Part shown: positions 37,395 through 47,737 of the stretch, one piece after another
Layout: every line of letters starts with the position of its first letter
How positions within the stretch are numbered: position 1 is the stretch's first letter
IMG/VR virus record: IMGVR_UViG_2706796476_000001
Coordinates: 87,418-151,417 of that record
Source: a virus
Lineage: Duplodnaviria; Caudoviricetes
DNA: 64,000 bases
Reading direction: 5' to 3' (one strand)
The notes under the pieces: generated by a model
Databases searched by the model: none
What the model was told of the DNA's origin: nothing
Seen by the model: the letters and a program-made list of their open reading frames with translations, nothing else
Translations under genes and position numbers: made by a program

Positions 37395-38312
37395 TTGAAA
37401 CATGCAGATTTAGTATACGGTGATTTGTTGAAGAGAATTTTAGAAGAGGGTGAAGAGAAAGAAGACCGCACAGGAACTGGGACTTTGTCACTATTCGGAC
37501 CCCAAGTAGAATTTGATCTTGCTGAAGGATTTCCTCTCTTAACTAGGAAGAAAGTACCTTTTAGGCTAGTAGCTGAAGAGTTGTTTTGGTTCTTAAACGG
37601 AGATACAGACCTAAAGACTATGATTGACAAGAACGTGAACATTTGGACTGACGACGGGTACCGTTACTACTTGGAAAGAGCAAAAGCAGACGAACATCGA
37701 CATATCCACACAAAAGAGGATTTTATTGAAAAGACAAAGATGCACGGATTTTCAATGGGTTCTATTTACGGCAAGAACTGGAGATCGTGGAACCTGCCAG
37801 CTAGTTTAGCAAATAGCGAGAATGAAGGAGCAGTAGATCAGATCGCTAACGTAATCGACTCTATCAAAAACAATCCTCACAGCCGCCGACATATCGTCTC
37901 AGCTTGGAACGCAGGAGAAGTAGAACATGCTGCTTTACCCCCATGCCACACAATGTTCCAGTTTTACGTAGGTAAAGACAACACGCTAAGCTGCAAGATG
38001 TATCAACGATCAGCAGACGTATTTTTAGGAGTACCATTCAATATCGCAAGCTACGCACTATTGACTCACCTTATCGCAAAGATGACAGGGTTAAAACCCG
38101 GAAAATTCATTCATACCTTTGGTGACGCTCATATCTATAACAACCACATTGAAGCAGTAAAAACATTACTAGACCGAGAACCTAAACCGTTACCGCAGTT
38201 AAACGTTCTTACTGTGAAAGATAAGATTGAAGATTACACGATGGACGATCTTGAGTTACTTGACTATAACCCGCACCCGAGTATTAAGGCAGACCTGAGC
38301 GTAGGTCTTTAA
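37395..38312 (+). CDS. thyA: Thymidylate synthase
   Basis: DRTGTGT, ALPPCH, YQRSADVFLGVPFNIASY, GDAHIY motifs. Confidence 0.98.
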   Translation: MKHADLVYGDLLKRILEEGEEKEDRTGTGTLSLFGPQVEFDLAEGFPLLTRKKVPFRLVAEELFWFLNGDTDLKTMIDKNVNIWTDDGYRYYLERAKADEHRHIHTKEDFIEKTKMHGFSMGSIYGKNWRSWNLPASLANSENEGAVDQIANVIDSIKNNPHSRRHIVSAWNAGEVEHAALPPCHTMFQFYVGKDNTLSCKMYQRSADVFLGVPFNIASYALLTHLIAKMTGLKPGKFIHTFGDAHIYNNHIEAVKTLLDREPKPLPQLNVLTVKDKIEDYTMDDLELLDYNPHPSIKADLSVGL

Positions 38313-38333
38313 AACACCGAGGAGGAATTTTAA

Positions 38334-38969
38334 ATGAAAAACCATGAACCTTTAAAAATCGCAATTTGCGGAGAAGTCCGTTCCGGTAAAGACACTGTCG
38401 GTAAAATCCTAGAAGAAGAATTAGTGCTAATGCCCTTTGCTTTTGCAGACGAATTGAAAAAAGATTTCCATAGGGAGAACCCCCATATCAGGAAGGCTCC
38501 GAAGCCCCGTAAATGCTACCAACTTTTCGGAGAGCTTAAAAGAGCTACTCATGGTGAAGACTACTGGATAACTAAGCTATTCCACAAAATCGAAGAATCT
38601 AAACATTTAGCTGAAAAATGGTTATCAACTTGTGTAGGAGTGTACTACAAACCCTTCAATGTACTTGTTACAGACACACACTACGGAAACGAAGCTCGCA
38701 GTTTAAGAGAGAACGGTTTTACACTTATTCGTATAGTGGCTCCTTTAGACGTCCGTAAAGAACGCATGATTGCGGAAGGTGACAATTTCAAAGAGGAAGA
38801 CCTGCACCACGTCTCAGAAACAGAAGTAAATAGTTTCGAAGTTGACTATGAAATTGTTAACGACGGCACCTTAGAAGAACTATATGCAAAAGTTGAAGAG
38901 CTTATAACCAACATACGAGCAGATCATGAAATTAAAGAAGCTGTAGCTGAATTACGAGAAGAAAAGTGA
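38334..38969 (+). CDS. Deoxynucleoside monophosphate kinase
   Basis: GEVRSGKDT P-loop, FADELK, HVSE, IVNDGTLEEL. Confidence 0.88.
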   Translation: MKNHEPLKIAICGEVRSGKDTVGKILEEELVLMPFAFADELKKDFHRENPHIRKAPKPRKCYQLFGELKRATHGEDYWITKLFHKIEESKHLAEKWLSTCVGVYYKPFNVLVTDTHYGNEARSLRENGFTLIRIVAPLDVRKERMIAEGDNFKEEDLHHVSETEVNSFEVDYEIVNDGTLEELYAKVEELITNIRADHEIKEAVAELREEK

Positions 38970-39469
38970 GAGGGACAGAAACAATGCACATTTCCATGAT
39001 AGCCGCCATTGGCAAAAACAACGAGATCGGTAAAAACAACGAGCTGCTTTGGGATATACCGGAAGACATGGCATGGTTTAAGAAACATACGACTGGAAAA
39101 ATCGTAGTCATGGGTCGAAAGACATTCGAAAGTATCGGTAGAGCATTACCAAACCGAACAAACATCGTAATGACGAGAGACCCGGACTTTAATCATACAG
39201 ACGTCTTAGTACGTCAATCTATCTTCCAAGTATTAGCTGAATGTAGAAATGAGTTAGAACTAGTCGTTATCGGAGGGGAGCAGATTTACAACTACTTCCT
39301 CCCCTACACCGACAGAATTTATCTCACAGAGATTGATCACAGCTTCGATGCAGACGCTTTCTTCCCACAGCTCGATAAGAGCGAATGGGGTCAGTATTTC
39401 AGCCAACAAGGAGATCAAAGCAGCGAGTACAACTACCGTTTTAACGTCTATAAACGAAAACTAAAATGA
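38966..39469 (+). CDS. dfrA: Dihydrofolate reductase
   Basis: IGKNNELLW.IPEDM.WFK, MGRKTFESIG..LPNR.N, IGGEQIY. Confidence 0.97.
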   Translation: MRGTETMHISMIAAIGKNNEIGKNNELLWDIPEDMAWFKKHTTGKIVVMGRKTFESIGRALPNRTNIVMTRDPDFNHTDVLVRQSIFQVLAECRNELELVVIGGEQIYNYFLPYTDRIYLTEIDHSFDADAFFPQLDKSEWGQYFSQQGDQSSEYNYRFNVYKRKLK

Positions 39470-39485
39470 GAGGTAGAGGATTAAC

Positions 39486-40283
39486 ATGATCTTGTACAAC
39501 AGAAGTAAGCAAGACTTCGATACTGAAATTGCTGTGATATACTTAGAAGCTCCTATTCATCGGAGGGATGTCCCGGAGTGGTTTGAAATGAGAGAGTGTG
39601 AAGCTAGCAACCTAGAACTATATTCAGAGATTCCTATTATCGAGGTAGATGAAGACCTTTTCGATCTGCTGCCTCTAATGACTGATACTGTCCCGCTAGC
39701 TATTACTGAAGTTGTAGATTACAAAGCCGTCGAGGAAGACTTTGGACACCGCTCCTCCGACTTTGTAGCAGTATGTGGAGATCAAGCGTTAGTATTTGCA
39801 GTTAAACAGAGTGAATACGCTCCTAACGTTATGGCAATTAGACGTGTAGGTCGAGTAGCTCCGGAACTAGAGGAGAAGTTCGTCGCCCTTTCAAAAAAGA
39901 AGAACAGCGAGGTACATTCAGTAGACACTTCCGGGTTCAGAGTAGCTGATTTTATTCCTCCAGTGGACATCGGACTAACTCGAAGAGAGAAAGAAATGAA
40001 AGAGATTCTTATGACAGCAATGACAACCCTAGCTCAGCCCGAGTATTCAAGAAGCGCAGTAGAATATTTCTTCCACGCTCTTTACCCTAATATGCACAAG
40101 TACCAAGAAGAAGTAGACGCTACTACAAAAGAAAGTATGCTAGAGGACATGGTGTCATATCTTGTCGAAGGATGGGATAACCAGCACGAAGAGTTCGGAG
40201 ACGAGTTAATCAAGTGTGTAGACTCCGATCTGTTTGAAGAGTGGGAAGAACTACGAAACATCAACAAAGATGTAGTAGTCTAA
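39486..40283 (+). CDS. Hypothetical protein
   Basis: RBS and long ORF. Confidence 0.8.
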   Translation: MILYNRSKQDFDTEIAVIYLEAPIHRRDVPEWFEMRECEASNLELYSEIPIIEVDEDLFDLLPLMTDTVPLAITEVVDYKAVEEDFGHRSSDFVAVCGDQALVFAVKQSEYAPNVMAIRRVGRVAPELEEKFVALSKKKNSEVHSVDTSGFRVADFIPPVDIGLTRREKEMKEILMTAMTTLAQPEYSRSAVEYFFHALYPNMHKYQEEVDATTKESMLEDMVSYLVEGWDNQHEEFGDELIKCVDSDLFEEWEELRNINKDVVV

Positions 40284-40299
40284 GAAAGGAGGTCAGCAA

Positions 40300-40512
40300 G
40301 TGCTTGATAAATCTTTTATATTCGCTATGCTGTACGAATCCGCATTAGGCAATCTAAAGTTTGAACGATGGTCATCGTCTAGTTGGAAAGATAGAGTGCT
40401 GGGATTGGTTTTCTACTTCCCGAGTCTATTACTCGTTGTTATTGGATGGATTTACTTATACGTATACCTTCCTTTAGGAATGTGGTTCTACTCTATATTT
40501 TCCAAGAAATAG
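40300..40512 (+). CDS. Small membrane protein
   Basis: RBS AAAGGAGG; hydrophobic C-terminal half. Confidence 0.7.
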   Translation: MLDKSFIFAMLYESALGNLKFERWSSSSWKDRVLGLVFYFPSLLLVVIGWIYLYVYLPLGMWFYSIFSKK

Positions 40513-40598
40513 GTCATTACGTAAAGAACTATCCCAACGCCGAGGTGTTCTACAAATGAGTAAGCATCCCGGCGTTTACTAAAAGGAGATGAATAGGT

Positions 40599-41009
40599 AT
40601 GGCGTTAATAAATGTTGAGTGTGAGAGATGTGGAGCAAGCTACAAAAAAATGGTAGACTACGTACGTGACTGCTTTTGGGATAGTGAGGATAGATTATAC
40701 TACCACAAGTGTTATCTCGATGAGGGGACAGAAGTAGGCGGGCAGATGAACTCGGATATACTCATGATGAGCGTAAAGAAAGCCCATGTGTTACCAAAAG
40801 AAGGTGACTACGTAGCAATTGACGATGAAAACCTGAGTGTGCTAATACTAGGTAGCGTTCTATTCGGTAAGCTCGTGTCTACCAGCGACAAAGAGTTCCT
40901 AAAGGCACAGACAGAGAAGTACAGTTTAAATGATTACTCGCTATATAAAGTGATAGATACGAGCAAAAATCCTGTTGTTGTTTTAAAAAGAGTAGACTGG
41001 GAAAGCTGA
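40599..41009 (+). CDS. Hypothetical protein with a CxxC...HxC motif
   Basis: RBS AAGGAG. Confidence 0.75.
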   Translation: MALINVECERCGASYKKMVDYVRDCFWDSEDRLYYHKCYLDEGTEVGGQMNSDILMMSVKKAHVLPKEGDYVAIDDENLSVLILGSVLFGKLVSTSDKEFLKAQTEKYSLNDYSLYKVIDTSKNPVVVLKRVDWES

Positions 41010-41111
41010 GGGAGGGTACAATTAACTTTGTACTCTTTTTTTTATTTTATAGTTGAAGTTACAGACTGGTTATAGTATAATTTGGTTATAACTTAAGAGG
41101 AGGAATATAGT

Positions 41112-41681
41112 ATGGAAAAGAGAAAACTACCTAATAACAAGTTTAACAATCTATCAGAGGAAGATTGGAAAGAGGCAAACGAAGTAACTTCCGCAAACCA
41201 CTGGCAGGACGTATTAGTAAACCCGCCACATAGAGTTCTTAAACCGGAGGAAGTAAAACAGCTGACTCATGCAGACTATGCTCATATGTATAAAAAAGCT
41301 ATAGCATATGTAAACCAAGTCTTAAAGGCGCATTACGCTGACCGAGCTGATGAAAGTGTATTACAGATTTTTCTAAAAAATAGTGAGTACTCTGAGGCTG
41401 TTGTTTTAGACGTGGTAACGGAACTACAGACTGCCGGGTGGAATGCAAGGCTCGAGAGTGCTGGAAGAGAAGATAGAAGTAAACCAAACAATAGGGAGTG
41501 CTTTGCTGTCATCAAAATCTATATTCCTCGAGAACAGCGTATTTTGACTGAGGAGCAAGAGAGACAGTTAGATAAAGACGAAGAGAACTGGAGACGGGCG
41601 AAGGCTCTCGCAGCACTTGTACAACAGTCTTTGCTCAGGGGTTCAGGTATGATAAAGGAGGATAGAAAAGATGATCAGTAA
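41112..41681 (+). CDS. Hypothetical protein, paralog 1 of 3
   Basis: Shared motif EL...GW; own promoter upstream. Confidence 0.8.
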   Translation: MEKRKLPNNKFNNLSEEDWKEANEVTSANHWQDVLVNPPHRVLKPEEVKQLTHADYAHMYKKAIAYVNQVLKAHYADRADESVLQIFLKNSEYSEAVVLDVVTELQTAGWNARLESAGREDRSKPNNRECFAVIKIYIPREQRILTEEQERQLDKDEENWRRAKALAALVQQSLLRGSGMIKEDRKDDQ

Positions 41682-42189
41682 GCTGTGGGGAAGTATCCGT
41701 AAGTTAGGTAAGTGGAAGGATACAGAGCATACTTTTACCCCTCCTAAACCTTCCGGACTAACATCCCCTGAACAAATGTTAAGAGACTGGGATATAGAGA
41801 GTCGCAAACAATACACTCAGAGATATGCTCAGGTTAAAAAAGAAGTTGATGAAAAAATAAGCGGTGCCTATAAGTACTCCGCAGATGGGAAGTTCGTAAT
41901 TATAGATTTTCGTAAAGGCGAGTATAACTCGATGATACTTGACGAAGTTATAAAGGAATTGATTGAATTAGGGTGGGAGGTTGCAACTCGGATGACCGAG
42001 AAAGAATTTATACCTCCGTGGTACGAGGATGACCCCTGCATAAATTTTATAGGTCATTTTTTCGAGGTGTGCGTCGCCCAGCCGGGAGAACTACACGAGG
42101 CTATCAAGGGAACTGATTTCATCGTTTTTGGAGAGGAGAGTACTCGAATTGAAAAAGAACACGTTCCGCAAGATATGGGAAAAGATTAA
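41671..42189 (+). CDS. Hypothetical protein, paralog 2 of 3
   Basis: KGEYNSMILDEVIKELIELGWEV. Confidence 0.8.
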   Translation: MISKLWGSIRKLGKWKDTEHTFTPPKPSGLTSPEQMLRDWDIESRKQYTQRYAQVKKEVDEKISGAYKYSADGKFVIIDFRKGEYNSMILDEVIKELIELGWEVATRMTEKEFIPPWYEDDPCINFIGHFFEVCVAQPGELHEAIKGTDFIVFGEESTRIEKEHVPQDMGKD

Positions 42190-42610
42190 GTACTCAAGAA
42201 AGATTAGGTACACAGAGATATTATCGCCCTCAGAAATCCAAGAATCCGCTTCCTTCTCGATTTACCGAGAGTTTGCTGAACTTAAAAAGATAGTAGCGGA
42301 CGATGTTAAGAAATGGAACAAAGCAAAACCTTATGAAAAACAGCATTCAGTACTTATCAAGAAAGGTAAGTTCTCAACAGAGGCATTTAACTCTCTGTTC
42401 AATCACTTACGAGGTATAGGTTGGGATGTAAAAGTAAAAAACTACGTTAAATCGGAGCTTAACCGAGGAATGCTTCTCAGGGGATGTTTAGAACCTTACA
42501 GCTATACGGAATACATTAAGGTAGAGATTTCATTTCCGGAAGAGCAAGTAGAGAACACAAATAAAGTTAAACTCGACGAGTTACTCAAAGGAGAGAATAT
42601 TAATGGATAG
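42128..42610 (+). CDS. Hypothetical protein, paralog 3 of 3
   Basis: KGKFSTEAFNSLFNHLRGIGWDV. Confidence 0.75.
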   Translation: MERRVLELKKNTFRKIWEKIKYSRKIRYTEILSPSEIQESASFSIYREFAELKKIVADDVKKWNKAKPYEKQHSVLIKKGKFSTEAFNSLFNHLRGIGWDVKVKNYVKSELNRGMLLRGCLEPYSYTEYIKVEISFPEEQVENTNKVKLDELLKGENING

Positions 42611-42863
42611 AGTCAAACTAGCTGAAAAGTTAAAAGAAACTGAAGAAGGTATCAAAAGTATCGAGGATAATCTCGCAGCAATCAGAAGCCACTATTTTAA
42701 ATGGGGGAGACTGTCGTTGGAGATCGAAACCGCTGATTATGTTCATACAGGAACAGAGGATTATATCAGTTTTAATACTGAACTAATGGAAGCATATCTC
42801 GTAAAAGAAAAAGAGAGACTCCAAGAGAAGTCATCTGACATCATTAAAGAAATGACTCAGTGA
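42603..42863 (+). CDS. Hypothetical protein
   Basis: RBS; overlapping start. Confidence 0.75.
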   Translation: MDRVKLAEKLKETEEGIKSIEDNLAAIRSHYFKWGRLSLEIETADYVHTGTEDYISFNTELMEAYLVKEKERLQEKSSDIIKEMTQ

Positions 42864-42929
42864 AGTAGCACACATAAATTACCACCAACTAAACCGGTAC
42901 CGTCATAACCGAAAGAAGGAGAATGACCA

Positions 42930-43439
42930 ATGAATCATACAGATAGTAAGAAATGGAACAGAAAAATAACTGTTGTACACACTACACCGAGAAGTATGAA
43001 AGCTTATCACGAAGGGGAGCCGTTTTACGCATTTGTAGAACCTTTTGTAGAGTCTTGCCCCGTTGAAGTATATTGCGACTACATTCAACCGTTGCATATG
43101 GGACTAGTAAAAATTTGTTCCTACTTAGAACCATCTAAACCTCACGGAAAACTAGTAGTTAGCGAAGTTTTCCTAGATACGTATCTAAGAGAAACTAGAG
43201 AGTCGTTTACTTCGAATTTTCCTCAAGGCAGCTACGACTTCGAGTTTATATCGGGTGACATTATATATACAATTCATGCACTACATGACATGAATATTCG
43301 TATAGATCGTCAAAGAGAACTACCAAAGAAATCGGTATCAGGTATAATCCCGAGTGAAATACTAAGCAGACTAGAGAAAGTATATCTCGACGGGAACGAA
43401 GTTGTTAATTTCCTCATAGCAGAGAAAGGATCGGAGTAA
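42930..43439 (+). CDS. Hypothetical protein
   Basis: RBS AAGGAG. Confidence 0.75.
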   Translation: MNHTDSKKWNRKITVVHTTPRSMKAYHEGEPFYAFVEPFVESCPVEVYCDYIQPLHMGLVKICSYLEPSKPHGKLVVSEVFLDTYLRETRESFTSNFPQGSYDFEFISGDIIYTIHALHDMNIRIDRQRELPKKSVSGIIPSEILSRLEKVYLDGNEVVNFLIAEKGSE

Positions 43440-43459
43440 GTCTAGGAGGTCGAATAGAA

Positions 43460-43843
43460 ATGATAGTAGAAAACGGATACTACTGGCATATGAAGGGTTG
43501 CCCTTCTGCATTCGTTTACACCACCGCAGAGGGTGTAGAGAAGTTCAATAAAGGGGAAATTTTTTACGGTAGTTTGGTACCTTTTGAGGATGGTAATGAG
43601 ATTAAAATGAATCTCCTGTTTCTGACGCCTTTGGACAGTGGAATAGTGAAAGCGGAAACGAGAGGGCAAGTGGAAAAAGTTTTAGTATGGCTGCCTCCCG
43701 GGTTTCTATTCTCCGATGGAAGTACTTCTGAGCTAAGTGACGAACTACTAGAGTATTTGTTTAATCACTTTGGGTTAGTAAAGTCTCCCGAAGAGTTAGA
43801 GGAAGTTAAAGAGCGTATTGAGCTCCTACACGGAGCTAAGTAA
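43460..43843 (+). CDS. Hypothetical protein
   Basis: RBS AGGAGGT. Confidence 0.75.
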   Translation: MIVENGYYWHMKGCPSAFVYTTAEGVEKFNKGEIFYGSLVPFEDGNEIKMNLLFLTPLDSGIVKAETRGQVEKVLVWLPPGFLFSDGSTSELSDELLEYLFNHFGLVKSPEELEEVKERIELLHGAK

Positions 43844-44065
43844 TGTCATAAAACCCTTCAGCAAGAAACGATATCTTAACTTCCCCTATATTAGGTAAAG
43901 AAGGGAGGTTATGGTATTAGACGGAGAGGATAAGCCGACATACTTAGCCAACTTTATCCTAGTATACGATCTCTATTCAAAGTAACTAATGTGCTCTACT
44001 ATTTACTTGCTCTCGGCAAAAACAGGAGGCAGGTGTTCCAATAATTTGTAAGGGAGCTCATTTTA

Positions 44066-45841
44066 TTGGAGAATAGCAAACACGTTTATTTCATTGACTT
44101 TGAAAAACATGGTATTAAATCAAATGGAACAGCAGCAAGAGAGACAACAGACGGATTCGTATCCGCACTAAACGACGCCGTAAACAGCGGGTATAAAACT
44201 GTGTACGTCCCTAAAGGTAATTATCTGATTGACGCAGTCGGAGAAGACAAGATGCCCGAGTATGGCGGAGGTATTCAATTCCCATCAAACATCGAAGTTA
44301 TTTTCCACAAAGAGGCAGTTTTCAAGGTTGAACCTAACAGTTCCACTGGTTATGCCTGCTTTAACTTGGAGAATGTCGATAATGTCATCCTGAGAGGCGG
44401 CTGCGTGGTCGGAGAGCGCTTTGAACACGATTATGATATGAATGTATCAAAGTTCCGTAAAACCCATGAGTGGGGCTACGGAGTGCATATACGAGGATGT
44501 AGAAATATTCTCGTTGAAGACATGCACATTTCAGACTGTACAGGAGACTGTATATGGGTTCCTGCTCATGGTATGATGAACTGGGGAGACACAGTATACA
44601 TTCCTTCTGAATCAATCACAATCAGAAAGTGCCGCACTGAAAGAGGACGTAGAAACAACATCGCTACAGACGGGTGTCTTGGACTTCTTATTGACGACTG
44701 TGACATTGTCGAAGCTGGCGGAGATACAATAGGACCGCAGCTAGGGATCGACTTAGAAGGTTTTGCAGAGGACGGGATTAAGTACGGACACCCTTATGAA
44801 ATTAACATCACTAATAACCGCTTCCGTGAAAACGGACGAGGTTCCCTCAACATAAACGTATCTGCGAAGGTTCATGCTACAAACAACTTCTCAGATGACG
44901 TATTCAGCTATGGTTATTCTTCAGACGTTTCCATTTGCAACAACAAGATCATTAATGAATCCGGTAAAGTAAGAAAGTACGGTATTGACTCCATCCGTAA
45001 GTCCAGCACCGAGACAGGTAACCGAGCCATTATCACCGGTAACCATATCATCGGTTTCGAGATCGGTATATGTGCTCGTGGACTAGGAGTAAAAATAGCT
45101 AATAACTACCTAAAAGATATATCTTCTATAGGTATTTATCCCTATTTAGCAGAAGAAGTTAGCGTTTCCGATAACATTATTGATAGTAATTGCTTGCATG
45201 TATGGGTACGTGAATCTAAAGATGTAAAAATTAGCGACAACAAAACTAAAGGTGCGGCTAATCATTTTGCGTACCGAGTCGAGGCTTCTTCTGACGTCCT
45301 TATCTCAGACAGCAAATCACAGTCTAAAGGCGGAATCCAAGTTATCCGGTCCCGTAAAGTTATTCTTAAAGACAACGATCTTTCCCTTACTGGAGCAGAC
45401 TACGGAATCCAGTGGGACAAACAATCTGAAGTGGAAGTCCTAAACAACACAGTTAGAGACGCAGCCATGATCGCAATTGCAGGCAACTCCGAGCTATACC
45501 CAAGTGTTATTAAAGGAAACAACATCAAAGACTGTACATACTTGGTAGGCTTATATGTGAATGGAGGCAGCAATCACATTCTATGGGACAACGACATATC
45601 ATTCAGAGGTACCGGAACAACAAACGGGGGTTACGGCGTCCAACTAGTCGGAACAGAAAACGTATGGCTTATGAACAACAAAGTACGCACATCTAATGGT
45701 CGTCTATTAAGCAGCGCATACGAATCCCGCAACTCAAAGAAAACAATGTACATCAACAACGCACTACAGGCAGGGAGAATTTATTCCCACGAGAGCGATT
45801 ACGTAAACGGAACTATCGAACTCCCATTTTCTACTCAATAA
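44066..45841 (+). CDS. Right-handed parallel beta-helix (pectin-lyase-fold) protein, putative polysaccharide depolymerase
   Basis: TVYVPKGNYLI, D.TGDCI, GIDLE and many I.NN.I rungs; late-type motif at 43884. Confidence 0.8.
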   Translation: MENSKHVYFIDFEKHGIKSNGTAARETTDGFVSALNDAVNSGYKTVYVPKGNYLIDAVGEDKMPEYGGGIQFPSNIEVIFHKEAVFKVEPNSSTGYACFNLENVDNVILRGGCVVGERFEHDYDMNVSKFRKTHEWGYGVHIRGCRNILVEDMHISDCTGDCIWVPAHGMMNWGDTVYIPSESITIRKCRTERGRRNNIATDGCLGLLIDDCDIVEAGGDTIGPQLGIDLEGFAEDGIKYGHPYEINITNNRFRENGRGSLNINVSAKVHATNNFSDDVFSYGYSSDVSICNNKIINESGKVRKYGIDSIRKSSTETGNRAIITGNHIIGFEIGICARGLGVKIANNYLKDISSIGIYPYLAEEVSVSDNIIDSNCLHVWVRESKDVKISDNKTKGAANHFAYRVEASSDVLISDSKSQSKGGIQVIRSRKVILKDNDLSLTGADYGIQWDKQSEVEVLNNTVRDAAMIAIAGNSELYPSVIKGNNIKDCTYLVGLYVNGGSNHILWDNDISFRGTGTTNGGYGVQLVGTENVWLMNNKVRTSNGRLLSSAYESRNSKKTMYINNALQAGRIYSHESDYVNGTIELPFSTQ

Positions 45842-45857
45842 AGGAGGAACACTCATA

Positions 45858-46550
45858 GTGGCAGACAAGTATAACAATTACGCAGAACTACGAGCGGCAG
45901 AACAAATCGGTAAGGACTACCACATCTTTTGTGACCTATTCAGCGATGAAATGATCTTGGTTGTCCCTCACGGCGGGGGTATTGAACCCGGTACGACGGA
46001 ACTATCACAAGAAGTAGATTTTCGTATTAAGGGCGGGCTTATTAGTTCTTACTCGTTCAATACAACCAAGTCTTCTAATAACCTTGACCTTCATATCACA
46101 AGCGCTAACTTTGATGAACCAATCGGGGTAGGGGCGGTCACGAACCATAAGCACGCTATCTCTTTCCACGGATACGCAGACAGCAAGAATGAAAACACAA
46201 TCGTTGGCGGGCTTGACGAGGAGTTCAAAGAGATTGTTATTAGACATCTTCAAGCACAGGGTTTTAATGCCGAGGCAGCTACAACTAGATTTACTGGTAC
46301 CGACCCTAATAACATTGTGAATCGTTGCGAGCATGGAGCGGGCGTGCAGCTCGAACTAAGTACATTGCAGCGTAAGAGATTTTTCTTTCATGATGACTGG
46401 TCTGCGGGTAACCGACATTACCGTACCAAGGTGCTAGAACGTTACGCTAGTGCAGTTGCGCTCGCTATCGAGGAGTATACGGATGGTCGGATTGTTACCG
46501 ATGAAGATAACCTTTATATCTCAATGCAGTCTCATAGTAACGATTTGTAA
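45858..46550 (+). CDS. pghP: Poly-gamma-glutamate hydrolase
   Basis: D.Y.NY.EL, PHGGGIEPGTTE, LHITS..FDEP, SFHG, G.DP.NIVN, GVQLELST motifs. Confidence 0.93.
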   Translation: MADKYNNYAELRAAEQIGKDYHIFCDLFSDEMILVVPHGGGIEPGTTELSQEVDFRIKGGLISSYSFNTTKSSNNLDLHITSANFDEPIGVGAVTNHKHAISFHGYADSKNENTIVGGLDEEFKEIVIRHLQAQGFNAEAATTRFTGTDPNNIVNRCEHGAGVQLELSTLQRKRFFFHDDWSAGNRHYRTKVLERYASAVALAIEEYTDGRIVTDEDNLYISMQSHSNDL

Positions 46551-46569
46551 AAATATGGTAATAGGTATT

Positions 46570-46599
46570 AAGCACTCAAATTTTTTTGGGTGCTTTTTT
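46570..46599 (+). terminator. Terminator after pghP
   Basis: AAGCACTCAAA...TTTGGGTGCTT followed by a T-tract. Confidence 0.75.
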
Positions 46600-46994
46600 C
46601 TGTTCTTTGATCTCATACATAAGGGCGTTATAAAAACTCTATATACACACGGGGAGGGGTGGCTAGTAGGGGGTATCCGAAGGGGTTATATAGGGGGTTT
46701 CTGAAGGGGAAAGATGGGGTAACGAATCGTGACGCCACAGGGGACTTGAAATTTGTTTCTGAAGCGGTAAGGGTTTGTTTTCTTTGGGTCGTCGTCGGTG
46801 GGGGAAGTAGTGAGGGAGATTCACGTTTAAGATACTATATATTTTACCTTTAAAATTTTTTTGGAAAATTTCTACCCGGGGTAGAGGGTATCACATAGGG
46901 TACCTACGCTTTATGAGAAAAAAACATACGGGGTGGGGTAGATGTCGGAATAGTCAGACAATTAACACCATAAAGAAAGAGGACATTAGCCCTC

Positions 46995-47339
46995 TTATTC
47001 CGGTAGGTACTCGCCGCCGTAGAAATAGCAATCTTCTTCCGGCTCTTCTCCCCACTTCTCGTCGTATTGATCGTCTAGTCTATACCCTCTCTCAGATACG
47101 TATATGAATGCGTCGTCCCCTTCATTGAATGCATATGATGCGATGTATTGTTTTTTAATCAAGCTGCTTAATACTCCTCTAATCTGTCTTACTGGAATGC
47201 TTGTTCCTTCTGCGATGTCTTCCGCTTCTAGGTTAGAATAGTGCTTCTCGTACATGCCTTCTGTAAGTAGCCAATTCATTACTTTACCTTCCATGACTGT
47301 CATCTTACCTGCCGCCTGTAGTTCGTTGATCTTTTTCAT
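46995..47339 (-). CDS. Winged-helix DNA-binding protein
   Basis: EDIAEGTSIPVRQIRGVLSSLIKKQYI. Confidence 0.75.
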   Translation of the reverse strand: MKKINELQAAGKMTVMEGKVMNWLLTEGMYEKHYSNLEAEDIAEGTSIPVRQIRGVLSSLIKKQYIASYAFNEGDDAFIYVSERGYRLDDQYDEKWGEEPEEDCYFYGGEYLPE

Positions 47340-47428
47340 TTCATCCGCTCCCTGTATGTAATGTTTTATTTCTAACTTTAGTATATCATGAGGGTTGACT
47401 TTGTGTCAACCCTTTTAGTGAAAAAAGT

Positions 47429-47647
47429 TTAGTTTAATTCTTTTAGTTGGCGTTCCACCTCATCAAGGTCTTCCTGTGCTTCATGGGCACAATCCATAAG
47501 CCCTTCACGGTTGAACTCGTATTCCTCACCATCCGGCATACGGTCCACGTCTTCCCACAACTGTTCAATCATTTCTTCTAGTTCCGTTTTCTGCTTAAGT
47601 AATTCCTCTTTTTTCTTCTTAAGTAATTCCTCTTTAGTGAATGTCAT
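47429..47647 (-). CDS. Small acidic coiled-coil early protein
   Basis: Own cassette promoter and RBS. Confidence 0.8.
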   Translation of the reverse strand: MTFTKEELLKKKKEELLKQKTELEEMIEQLWEDVDRMPDGEEYEFNREGLMDCAHEAQEDLDEVERQLKELN

Positions 47648-47737
47648 ATTAACCCGCTCCCCTTATGTAATGTTTTATTTCTAACTTTAGTATATCATGA
47701 GGGCTGACACTATGTCAACCCTTTTAGTGAAAAGTTT

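Noticed and set aside
46450-47107. Plus-strand ORFs across the G-rich block
   Set aside because: No RBS; they are a by-product of the G-tract composition.
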